A stretch of 64,000 bases of DNA from assembly GCA_964485695.1 (NCBI GenBank), contig CAZAKZ010000010.1, positions 1,280 through 65,279 on the forward strand, given 5' to 3'. Of this stretch, positions 40,301 through 48,381 are shown in pieces. The translations under genes and the position numbers were made by a program. The notes beneath the pieces were generated by a model that was given only the letters and a program-made list of their open reading frames with translations, did no database searches and was not told where the DNA came from. This DNA is from an uncultured Planctomycetota bacterium. Lineage in GTDB: Bacteria > Planctomycetota > JAFGQW01. Positions within the stretch are counted from its first letter, which is position 1; the number at the start of each line of letters is the position of its first letter.

Positions 40301-43300
40301 AACCGGCGGGACAAGCTCGCGGCCTCGAAGGCGGGCATCGAGGTCGAACAGGCGGGCGGGGCAATCCATCCGCCCTCGGGTCGGCGCATCGAATTCACCC
40401 GGGCGCGTGGCCTCTACGGGGCTTCCGGCTGGTTCCTCCGCACATGCGGCGGAGTCACGGAGCCCGTCGATCAGTGGGTCGCCGGCGGCAAGCGCGGGGT
40501 GCTGTCGGCGGCCTTGCGCCTCGGCCGTCTGCGCGATGCCGAGACCACGGACCGGGCGGACTGGCGCTTTCCGCTTCACGATCACTCCATGACGGACCTG
40601 GTGCGCACCTACCGGAAGTGGGCGGCCAAGGTCGAGAAGCGGGAGGGAGACGTGGCCGTGGTGGTGCTCACCGCGCCCGGGCTCGGCAAGGCGGCAATGC
40701 GCTTCACCCTGGACATCCAGAAGCGCGTGGTCGTGGAACTGGCCGTTATCAATCAGGGCAGGATCACCCGCACCACGCGATACTCCGATTTCGTCCAGGC
40801 CGGCGGCATGTGGTGGGCCACGCGCATCGCCTTCCTGGACGACAAGAGCCGCGAAACGAGTCGGTTCCGCCTCGAGGTGAAGGCGCTGGAGCCGGAAGCG
40901 TTCGCCGCCGCCCTCTCCCGGGCCGTATCCGGCCACGAGGACGTGATCTTCCTCGGCATGAAGGATCCTGACCTGGCCCAAGCCAAGCAGGCCGTCCACG
41001 AGAAGAAGGGCACGTTTGCCCACCACTTCCGCATGGCGGCCCATTTCGCCGCTTCCGGTCAGTGGGACCGGGCCTGGACCGCCTGGGACCAGGCCGCGTC
41101 CAGGGTGTCCGGCAAGCCCGGGGCGCGATGGCTCTCAGCGGCGCTGATGAAACGAAGCCGGCGCGGCGAGGACCTGAAGAAGCTGCTCCACCGCCTGGCG
41201 CGGGAATGCGCGGATCCCAAAGGCCACGACTTCACCACCGACTTCCGTACGGACTACATCCTCTCCCTGGCCCATCCGGTCTTCCAGGTGAACGAGAAGC
41301 TCACGCTCCTCGAGGTGCTCAGGCCGGCGTTCGGCCGCCTGGCGGAGGACAAGGACTGGCGGACCACTCGGTTCGAGCGCAAGCGGGCGCAGTGGCTCGA
41401 ACAGGCCGGCTTGAGCGAAGAGGCCCGGGAGATCTACAGGAAAATCGCCGCGGCCCGGCCCTTCGACATCCAGGCGGTCCTGGACCACGTGAATGCGCTG
41501 CACGTCGCCGGCTACCTCGAGGAGGCCGTCCGGATCCTGGAGGCAAAGCTCAAGGCCCTGGACAAATGGATCGGGTACGAGACCGACCAGCTGACCGAAC
41601 GCCTCACCACCCTGCTCTGGGGGCGGCGCGACCTGAAGAAGCTCTCGGTCGTCCTCGAGGCCTGGATCGCCCGGAGCTCCCGCCAGGAAACGCCCTACCG
41701 GCGATACCTCTCGGTGCTGCTGTTCCGGGACAGGATCGAGGCGGCAGACGCCTGGGCCGATGCGCAGCTGAAGGCCGAGGTCGTTCCACCAGTGACTCCG
41801 GAGTTCCGTGCCCGTCTCGGCGCCGCCATCAACTATGCCCTCGGCCACGGCTGGAACTTCCACTACAACCGTATCGAGGAGAGGTGGCTCACGCCCCTGG
41901 CTGGCCTGGCTCGACGGCTGCTCCGCGCTGATGATCCGGTGTGGCACCACGTCCATCGCATCACCAGCGACTGGCGTTTCCGGCGCAGCGATGCGTACGC
42001 CGAGCTGAGGAAACACCTGCTCGCAGACCTGGATGCTCCCGAGGCCATAGAGACCATGGATCTCGGCCGCCTCGGACACTACCTGATTCAGCTTCCATGG
42101 GGCCGGAACCAGGTGGACGCCAAGATCTGGCGTCGCACCGTGGACCGCCTGCGAGCGCGCTGGCAGAAATCCACCGTGGACTACGAGCGGCGGACCCTGG
42201 CCGCCCATGTTCTGAAGCTTCTCGACAACCACGGCGAAAAAGCCGAGGCTGCGGATTTCCTTCGTGTCCGACTGGCCGCGGCCGGTGACGACACCCGGCC
42301 CGGGCTTGCCGGCCTCCTCCTGCAGCGGCTTCTCGGATTGAAGTGGACCCGGGCCGTGGAGGACGAGATCATCGGTCTGGTCGAGCAGCTCCAGCCGAAG
42401 AAGGCCGAGGAGTCCACGCGCCGCTTCATCGCCGCCGCGGCTGTCCGGCGCATTGCGGACGGCCTCTACAAGATGCGGTACAGACACCTTCTCGGCGAAG
42501 CCAAGGAATACGAGAAGCTTTCCCGCAAGGCATTGAATGTGAAGAAACGCCAGGCCGCCGACGGAGCGCGCGCCGGCCTCATCGACCGTTTCGCTGCGGC
42601 TCGCGACGGCGCGAAGTGGGGCAAGGTGTGGTACGAGGTGGAGCGCATCGGCTTCATGGCCAGACTCCGCCGCGATCTCAGGGCCGCGGACGCCGAGGCC
42701 CGCGAGGTCTTCTTCGCCACGCCCGCCCGTTCCTCCCGGCCCCTCGATTCCGTGCTGCGCGAGCGCTGCGCGTTCGTCATGGCCTACTGCGCCACGCGGC
42801 GCAAGGCGCCCGACGGGCTGGCGGCCGCGGCCGTCAAGGTCTTCGCGAACCTTGTTGCCGAAGCATCCCAGGAGAAGGCCGAGAAGGTGCCGGTCCGGAC
42901 CATCAACTGGCGCCACCACCTCTTCCGTCTCCTCGTGGCCCTGGACCGGCCGGAAGCGCTCCGGAAGGTCCTCGAGGCCTGGATCGTGCCGGCCAAGGTG
43001 GAGAGCCGCTGGCGTATCGCCCTCGGGTACCTCCGGGCCGAGACCGGCCAACTCGAGGAGGCCGCGGCCGCCTTCGAATCCGTGGCGCGCATGGATGAGC
43101 TCAAATCGGCCGAGCACAAGGCCCTGGCCGGCTGGTACCTGGTGCTGAACCGGGATGCGGACCGGGAAAAGGCCTTACTCAACCGCTACAAGGTCATGCC
43201 CGAGCACCAGCTCTCCAGCAAGCTCTACGCCAGTGGCCGCCGGATTTCCCGGCGCGGCGGGGGTGTGCCGGAATCCCTGGACCCGGACACTCTCCGTGTG

Positions 43301-45940
43301 ATGCGGGCGCTGCTCTCCAAGGCGAGCCATCCGGCCAACTACATCTGGCAGATCAACCGGCACTACCTGGCCGTGAAAGATTTCCGGCTCCTGGAGTGCC
43401 TGGCCGACGGCGTTATCGGCCACACGGCCTCCGGGGTGTATCCGTTCCTGGAACGGGTGGGCCAGATCATCCGCAACGTCCACGAGGAAGCCACCTGCGA
43501 TGAACTCGTCGAGAGAATCGGCGCGCTTTCCGAGGCCGCCAAGAGCGACCTGGACCGCCGGGCGCTGAAGCTCCTCGTCTCCCTGGTGGAGCGGCGGGCC
43601 GCGGAGGTGTTGAACCAGCCGGGGCCCCACGCGGAACGGGGCCTGACGGCCATGTGCGCGGCCTTCAAGGGATCCTGGGGCAAGGGCGAACGCCGCCTCA
43701 TGGCGAAATTCCTGGCGTCCCTCGGTAGGATTCCGCAGCCGGCCTTCAAGGCCGAGCAGCTGCGTCAGTTGCGCGGGCTCTATCGCCAGGAGACGCCGGG
43801 CACCGCCGACTGCATGGCGATCGCGCGCTTTCTCTTCTCCACCGAGTGGACCTACCGCCGGTTCGACGCGGCCATCGACGGCCTCACCTCGGCTCTCGAG
43901 GATTACCGGAAAGCTCACGGAGGCGTGGTGCCGAACCCGGCGAGAGACGGCCTGGGCACCCTCATCAGCTGGCTCGAGAAGCGCAACCGGTTCGCCCACG
44001 CCGAGGCGATCCTCGTGCCGGAGCTGGAGGCGCAGAAGACCCGGTCCCACAGGAACTGGCTCCGGCAGCGCCTGTTCCAGGTCTACGTCAACTGTCTGGG
44101 CGAGGGCGCGGTCTCCCTCGGGAAAGGCGTCGAGCTCTACCGGGCAGCCAGGCAGCGCATGGAGGTCTCGCTGTGGCGCGACGGTCCGGATCAGATCCGG
44201 GCCACGCTGGCGAAGTATTGCTCGCTTCACAGCAGGGCGTCGAAGTCCGTCGGCATCCGGACCGCGGGGCCGGACCTGGTGCGCTTTGCCAAGGAGAAGC
44301 TGCCCGAGCTGATCACCCTCGCCCACACAGAGGGTCCCCGCCTGGTCAACACGGTGGCGAACACGGTGACTGATCTCATGGGACCGTGGGCCGGACTGCG
44401 GGTGCTCCTGGACCGCATCGAGGCCGAGCCGCGGTGGTACGCCCGGATCGGCCGGGGGGGCTGGAGTCAATACGCGTGGAACTTCGCCCGGTGGCGGAGG
44501 GATGCGAGGGATCTCAGAGACCTGGAGCCCAGGCTCCTGCGCGTGGTGCTGCAGGAGATCGAGCGGGATCTTCTCAGCCTGCAGTCGCGCAACCGGAGTA
44601 TCTACCAGATCAACAACAAGTACTTCTGGGCCTCAAAGAAGGAGGAGTTCGCGGCTGTCGCGAGCCGCGTCATCGAGCTGAATCCGGATTCCCCGGCCCG
44701 GCTCAAGTACGCCGCCGAGTACCTCTGGCACGGCCTCCGGCTGCGGCGTCGGGCCATCGGTGTGCTTCAGGAGGCCGAGACCCGCGGCCGGCTCCGGGAG
44801 GGCGGCCGCCATGTCCTCGTCACCTGGCTCTTCCACGTACGCCGCTACGCCGAGTCCCTCCCCCTGCTGGAAAAGCTCACGGCAGTGCGGCCGGATCGCC
44901 TGGATTACCGCACCCGGATGATCCGCGCCCTCCACGAGACGGGCGGAGACCCGGCGGCGCGCGCCTACCTCGAGGAGACGAAGAAGCGGTTCAAGGCGTT
45001 GAAGCTGTGGAATGAAAACACCATCGCCAGCCTCGCAGAGACGGCGAGAAAGTGCAAGTTTCACGAGGAGAGCGTGGTGCTCTACGAGGAGGTGATCCCC
45101 CTGCACCAGCGCACGCACCGCAACCGCGGTGTGGGCGGCGGCGCCCTCTCCAGGTACTACGGCCGGCTGGCCCAGGCGTATGCGGCCCTCGGCCGGGCTG
45201 AAAAGGCCGTGGACGCTGCATCGGCGGCGGTGGTGGCGTGGGGCCCCACCAGCCGGAATCGCCATCAGGCGCTCAGGGCGCTGAGAAGGGTGGTGGAGAC
45301 CATCGGAGATCTGGACGGCTACGTGGTCCGCATGGACGGGAAGGTGAAGAAGACGGGCCTGGACGCGCCGGTCATCCGCAAGACCCTCGGCCTGGTCTAC
45401 CTGGCCCGGAAGCTGCCCCAAAAGGCCATCGCCCAGCTCGAAATCGCCCGGGCGCTCCAGCCGAACGACACCGAGACCCACAAGGCCCTGGTCCGGGCGT
45501 TCGATGTCGCGGGCGACGGGGGCGGAGCCTGCGTCGCGCTGTTTGACTCCATCGCCTTGGCGCCGATGAACCTGGACCTCTATCCGGATCTCGGCAAGCG
45601 TCTGAAAGCACTCGGCCAGGTGGAAGCCGCCGAGCGGGCCTGGACCACGCTGGTGGAAGTGAAGCCCAACGAGGCCGCCGGCCACCGCAAGCTGGCCGAG
45701 CACCGTAACGGGCAGAAGCGCTACCGGGATGCGGTGGTGCAGTGGCGGCAGGTGGTCCGCTGCCGGGCCGAGGAGCCGGACGGCTGGCTCGGCCTCGCCC
45801 GGGCCCAGATCCGGGCCGGGGACCTCGAGGAGGCGCGCAAGGCCGTGGACCATCTCCTCGAGACTACGTGGGAGAAGCGTTTCGGGGACGTCAAGGCCAA
45901 GGCGGCGAAGCTCCTCGAGGAGGTGAACCGGTCACGGTGA
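37337..45940 (+). CDS. Giant (2867 aa) secreted protein: FecR-like, VIT and vWA (MIDAS) domains, charged disordered linker, beta domain, ~1900-aa alpha-solenoid ending in canonical TPRs
   Basis: One uninterrupted ORF. Signal peptide: LNIILSILTCQLLPLCLLEAQ. FecR-like region: GTALVRPVGRERWTPVGPRTVLLPGDQVRT. VIT domain, about aa 190-315: IARTTIEQSFRN...EGVFYFPLPPDASISGFGMWIGGELVEADIVEKQKAR..YE. vWA domain with DxSxS (LIADTSGSMD, nt 38636-38650). Acidic/basic low-complexity linker (about aa 800-930). The remainder is helical-repeat sequence with clear TPRs at the C-terminus (LGLVYLARKLPQKAIAQLEIARALQPND...). Confidence 0.8.
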   Translation: MNHRRRLFMRLNIILSILTCQLLPLCLLEAQTGLAEDARVAVVTDRQGTALVRPVGRERWTPVGPRTVLLPGDQVRTPVRGANAVEMRLKGGGGLVLGPGGLIEVPSVGAVRLYRGDLEVKGSGKRSVALTGPGDFRRDVKETVVLRSRGRATEVLAEPPRWLTGYRASTTDEWMGSLIASVDGRDVPLSVGYHKVIAEIRDQIARTTIEQSFRNATDATLEGVFYFPLPPDASISGFGMWIGGELVEADIVEKQKARRIYEDILRRKKDPGLLEWSGGNLFKARVFPILPHSEKRIRIRYTQVLPLEGSTLRYRYGLRSELLRTRPLRELGIHVIVSSAMPIRSVTSATHEVRIRKTVHAASAEFSAEEYSPDRDFELAVELDRSQPLTVVPHRRADDGYFMLLLNPPGEGGGAWQRDLLPEAGALEVLLIADTSGSMDPAAREAQAAFVGALLAQLGPDDRFRLMTADVGVKWFREEAMAAGEETVREALSFLDGRRSLGWSDLDQAFREALKKAGPGTRVVYVGDGIGTTGDADPVALATRLKNLARDTEAVCHAVSVSSTFERGVLEAVAAMGGGSVRSAGEDPTGAAFRILKEAATPAIRNLKVSFEDIRTARAYPEVLPNLAAGTQQVVLGRFLPTGGRQAGKVVVTGTRDGKAVKFSADLVLEEGEAGNSFLPRLWARRHIDALLQEGRSKAVQEEIVRFSEAFGIMTPFTSFLVLENDADRERYGVERRVKMRDGERFFAEGRDAASTALLREQMKVARTWRLNLRKRMLREIATLGTHLVPAAVGWGELRDYDVEIAQGAYLFGGLAKSDSSEFFLGADRAANRRAGYESDKGKKAGDWSVDSLRAPEEAGDELLDDGEEVLEEELEVERKSLKREDRFDPAAPEPEASLEEPLARRSLSRKALHETRGGVRYNEALGLGGGAGGYFRGRPRGGPRRRPAPPSFNEWRFPGLPPAPKPAPDLTDPPKWPATVLALLKSLNRRDKLAASKAGIEVEQAGGAIHPPSGRRIEFTRARGLYGASGWFLRTCGGVTEPVDQWVAGGKRGVLSAALRLGRLRDAETTDRADWRFPLHDHSMTDLVRTYRKWAAKVEKREGDVAVVVLTAPGLGKAAMRFTLDIQKRVVVELAVINQGRITRTTRYSDFVQAGGMWWATRIAFLDDKSRETSRFRLEVKALEPEAFAAALSRAVSGHEDVIFLGMKDPDLAQAKQAVHEKKGTFAHHFRMAAHFAASGQWDRAWTAWDQAASRVSGKPGARWLSAALMKRSRRGEDLKKLLHRLARECADPKGHDFTTDFRTDYILSLAHPVFQVNEKLTLLEVLRPAFGRLAEDKDWRTTRFERKRAQWLEQAGLSEEAREIYRKIAAARPFDIQAVLDHVNALHVAGYLEEAVRILEAKLKALDKWIGYETDQLTERLTTLLWGRRDLKKLSVVLEAWIARSSRQETPYRRYLSVLLFRDRIEAADAWADAQLKAEVVPPVTPEFRARLGAAINYALGHGWNFHYNRIEERWLTPLAGLARRLLRADDPVWHHVHRITSDWRFRRSDAYAELRKHLLADLDAPEAIETMDLGRLGHYLIQLPWGRNQVDAKIWRRTVDRLRARWQKSTVDYERRTLAAHVLKLLDNHGEKAEAADFLRVRLAAAGDDTRPGLAGLLLQRLLGLKWTRAVEDEIIGLVEQLQPKKAEESTRRFIAAAAVRRIADGLYKMRYRHLLGEAKEYEKLSRKALNVKKRQAADGARAGLIDRFAAARDGAKWGKVWYEVERIGFMARLRRDLRAADAEAREVFFATPARSSRPLDSVLRERCAFVMAYCATRRKAPDGLAAAAVKVFANLVAEASQEKAEKVPVRTINWRHHLFRLLVALDRPEALRKVLEAWIVPAKVESRWRIALGYLRAETGQLEEAAAAFESVARMDELKSAEHKALAGWYLVLNRDADREKALLNRYKVMPEHQLSSKLYASGRRISRRGGGVPESLDPDTLRVMRALLSKASHPANYIWQINRHYLAVKDFRLLECLADGVIGHTASGVYPFLERVGQIIRNVHEEATCDELVERIGALSEAAKSDLDRRALKLLVSLVERRAAEVLNQPGPHAERGLTAMCAAFKGSWGKGERRLMAKFLASLGRIPQPAFKAEQLRQLRGLYRQETPGTADCMAIARFLFSTEWTYRRFDAAIDGLTSALEDYRKAHGGVVPNPARDGLGTLISWLEKRNRFAHAEAILVPELEAQKTRSHRNWLRQRLFQVYVNCLGEGAVSLGKGVELYRAARQRMEVSLWRDGPDQIRATLAKYCSLHSRASKSVGIRTAGPDLVRFAKEKLPELITLAHTEGPRLVNTVANTVTDLMGPWAGLRVLLDRIEAEPRWYARIGRGGWSQYAWNFARWRRDARDLRDLEPRLLRVVLQEIERDLLSLQSRNRSIYQINNKYFWASKKEEFAAVASRVIELNPDSPARLKYAAEYLWHGLRLRRRAIGVLQEAETRGRLREGGRHVLVTWLFHVRRYAESLPLLEKLTAVRPDRLDYRTRMIRALHETGGDPAARAYLEETKKRFKALKLWNENTIASLAETARKCKFHEESVVLYEEVIPLHQRTHRNRGVGGGALSRYYGRLAQAYAALGRAEKAVDAASAAVVAWGPTSRNRHQALRALRRVVETIGDLDGYVVRMDGKVKKTGLDAPVIRKTLGLVYLARKLPQKAIAQLEIARALQPNDTETHKALVRAFDVAGDGGGACVALFDSIALAPMNLDLYPDLGKRLKALGQVEAAERAWTTLVEVKPNEAAGHRKLAEHRNGQKRYRDAVVQWRQVVRCRAEEPDGWLGLARAQIRAGDLEEARKAVDHLLETTWEKRFGDVKAKAAKLLEEVNRSR

Positions 45941-46115
45941 TCGTCAATCCCCGGAGGCCGTCAAAGGCCCTCGTCCTCGACGCCTATCTGTCCTGACGGA
46001 AGACGTTCATGGGAAGAAATGGAAAACCTCCCGCGCCTTTCTTTTTTCAGGGGTTGTGTTTTAATCCGGTTTGATACCGTGAACCATCCCCCTGGAAGAA
46101 GGATAGCGAGGCCCC

Positions 46116-48077
46116 GTGGCGCCTGCACCGACAAATTTGGCCTTCGTGACCGGCAAAAGAAACGTCGCCTGGGTACTTCTCGTCTTCCTGTTGGCGGCCG
46201 CGGTCCGGTGCCCGTGTCCGGAGCTGACCTGGTTCACCCTGGACCAGGCTCGAGACGTCACCCAGGCCCGAACCATCCTGTCCGGCACCCTCGTTCTCGA
46301 GGGGCCTGCCGTCGGTCAGACCGGCATGCGTCTGGGCCCGCTCTATTATTACGTGGTGGCATTCGGCCTGTGCCTGAGAGACAGCCCGGTGGACGCCGTG
46401 TTCTTGCTGGCGCTGCTCAATGCCGCGGGCGTGGCCGGCTTCTTCGTCCTCTTTCGACGGATGGTGGGGCAAAAGACGGCGATTCTGGCCGGGCTGATCC
46501 TGGCGCTGCATCCCCTTTGCGTGATCCACGGGCGTGCCTTGTGGAATCCCGCCCTGATCCTGCCGACCACGGCTCTCTACTTTCACGGGCTCTGGCTCTG
46601 GGCGAAGGAGCACAGAGCCGGCGCCGCCGGCTGGCTTCTGGTCGGTGCCGCGCTCATGCTCCAGGCGCATCTCACCACGGCCATTCTGCTTCCGCTGGCC
46701 CTCATCGGACTCTTCAGGCGCGCTCCTCTCCGCGGCCCCGGAGTGGTGGTGGGGGGACTCCTCTGTCTGGTTTTTACCGTGCCCTGGGTTTGGCAGGCCC
46801 TCGCCCGGTTCTTCTCCGAAACCGGAGACCTCGACCGGGTCTCGGCTCTGTTCCGGTCGCCGGAGACCACGCCACCGGCGCCGTATTGGGTGGGGTTGTT
46901 CCGTGCCTTGACCGTGGAGTCGATTCTCGCCGTGAGGACGCTGTTCGGGGGGAGCGGGTGGAGCAGCATTGTCCAGGCGGGCGGCTACCTGTTCTCCGGG
47001 CTGATGGGCCTGGGCGCGATTGCGTTTCTGGCCGGCCGAGGCGACCGGCGTCTTCACGCTCTTGTGGTCCTTCCGGCCCTTCTGCTCCCCGCCGTGGTTC
47101 TGCTCCTGATGCGACAATTCTCCTACTACTATTACCTGGAGTGCGCGTTTCCCTTTCGAGCTCTTCTCGTAGCCTCGGGTACCTTCTACCTGGCTCGACG
47201 CATGCCTGTCTGGATTCCTGGGGGGCTCCTCGCACTGGGGCTCGGTGTGGGTTTCGTACACCTTCTGGGCGGCTTGTGGCTGGACGCCCGCACCGGGATT
47301 CTGAGGGGGCATCTTGAGTCCCTGGATCTTCGATCCGACCGGGAGGTGAGCCCGATTCCCAACCTCTTTCCCACCCTTGGTTCCAAGAAACGCGTGGGAG
47401 AGGCTCTCTATCGCCGCCTCCACATCACTCCGGAGCGGTTGAATACCCTTGGGAGGGGCCCCTGGTGGCCGGCGTTTGTGGATGACCGAGGCTTCTGGAT
47501 CCTGGAGGCCGCCGGGGACGGCAGTGCAGATCCGTTCGTCCTCCGGCCGGGAATCCATCTCTTCATCGCCCACGACCGGGACCCGTTCCCCGCGCCCCAC
47601 GATCCTTCCTCCGGCGAAATCGTCCGGGCCGGATCGTTCACCCTCATTCCCTTCAGGACCGGGATCGATTCCAGGAAGCTGGAGCTCTGCGTGTTCCAGA
47701 AGGGCGGGGAAGGAATGTGGGTCCCCTTCTCCACGGAGTCACTTCCATTCGTGAATTCGGATCCCGACCGGGTCAGGTGGCCTGGTGCCGAAGTAGAGAT
47801 CCGGGCATCCCTGGTCGTGGAGATCCCGTCCCCCCGGCGCATCGTCCTCTATTTCCTCACGACCCTGGGTGCCGAGGTGACCGGCATGACCGTGAACGGC
47901 AAGCCCCTTGCCCGCACCTTCCTGTTCGAGCGCCTCGGATGGTGTCTCAGCGGATACCGGTGGGAGCCTCCGTTGCCCGGACGCCACGAAGTCCAGGTCT
48001 CTCTCCGGAGTCCTGATGACCGTAAAGCGCCGATATATTTCGAGCTCTTCGATGTCCGAACCGAGCCGGACCGGTAA
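46116..48077 (+). CDS. Polytopic membrane glycosyltransferase, GT-C fold (ArnT/PMT_2, GT39/GT83-like), with C-terminal soluble domain
   Basis: There are about 10-12 hydrophobic helices, for example WVLLVFLLAAAV, LYYYVVAFGLCL, GVAGFFVLFRRMV and ILAGLILALHPL. The first-loop motif FTLDQARDV is reminiscent of the Asp-containing loop of ArnT/PMT enzymes. The last ~230 aa are non-membrane. GTG start with GGAAGAAGGA upstream. Confidence 0.55.
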   Translation: MAPAPTNLAFVTGKRNVAWVLLVFLLAAAVRCPCPELTWFTLDQARDVTQARTILSGTLVLEGPAVGQTGMRLGPLYYYVVAFGLCLRDSPVDAVFLLALLNAAGVAGFFVLFRRMVGQKTAILAGLILALHPLCVIHGRALWNPALILPTTALYFHGLWLWAKEHRAGAAGWLLVGAALMLQAHLTTAILLPLALIGLFRRAPLRGPGVVVGGLLCLVFTVPWVWQALARFFSETGDLDRVSALFRSPETTPPAPYWVGLFRALTVESILAVRTLFGGSGWSSIVQAGGYLFSGLMGLGAIAFLAGRGDRRLHALVVLPALLLPAVVLLLMRQFSYYYYLECAFPFRALLVASGTFYLARRMPVWIPGGLLALGLGVGFVHLLGGLWLDARTGILRGHLESLDLRSDREVSPIPNLFPTLGSKKRVGEALYRRLHITPERLNTLGRGPWWPAFVDDRGFWILEAAGDGSADPFVLRPGIHLFIAHDRDPFPAPHDPSSGEIVRAGSFTLIPFRTGIDSRKLELCVFQKGGEGMWVPFSTESLPFVNSDPDRVRWPGAEVEIRASLVVEIPSPRRIVLYFLTTLGAEVTGMTVNGKPLARTFLFERLGWCLSGYRWEPPLPGRHEVQVSLRSPDDRKAPIYFELFDVRTEPDR

Positions 48078-48123
48078 CAGCGCGGTACCGGCCTGCGGAT
48101 CCCAAGGGCGGGAGAGTCATCCA

Positions 48124-48363
48124 CCACCCGCATAGCGGGTGGCTTGAGGAAGCCCCCTCGAAGGGGGCTCCCGGTGCACACCGCCGGGCACACACCGGAT
48201 TTCATCCGCCTTGAACGAGTCAAATCGGACTCGTTCAGGCCGGATGAAGTGCTTCATGGCGGGTGAATGAGCCTGTTTTGACTCCTTCACCCTTGATGAA
48301 ATCGGGCAGGAGTTGGGCGCCGGATCGGTGGAACCTCTTCGGGTCCACGCCCAGAGGGCGTGG
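48124..48363. repeat. Cluster of GC-rich hairpins in the convergent intergenic region (putative bidirectional terminators or structured RNA)
   Basis: Four hairpins are visible. H1 is 48124-48142 (CCACCCGC-ata-GCGGGTGG). H2 is 48151-48169 (AGCCCCCT-cga-AGGGGGCT). H4 is 48201-48248 (21-nt arms TTCATCCGCCTTGAACGAGTC / GACTCGTTCAGGCCGGATGAA, one indel). H5 is 48345-48363 (CCACGCC..GGCGTGG), 19 nt after the kinase stop. Confidence 0.5.
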
Positions 48364-48381
48364 TATTAGGATCGAATAAAC

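Noticed and set aside
38450-45853. Series of 400-660-aa minus-strand ORFs (38450-39697, 40073-41044, 41135-43117, 43175-44470, 44633-45853) inside the giant gene
   Set aside because: All are antisense to one continuous 2867-aa plus-strand frame with recognisable VIT, vWA and TPR content. Their sequences are Arg/Gly/Pro-rich, as expected for the reverse frame of high-GC coding DNA.
46019-47600. 432-aa plus-strand ORF (46019-47317) and 517-aa minus-strand ORF (46047-47600) overlapping the GT-C gene
   Set aside because: These are alternative-frame and antisense products rich in R/G/P/S. The 46116-48077 frame gives regular hydrophobic helices typical of a polytopic membrane protein.
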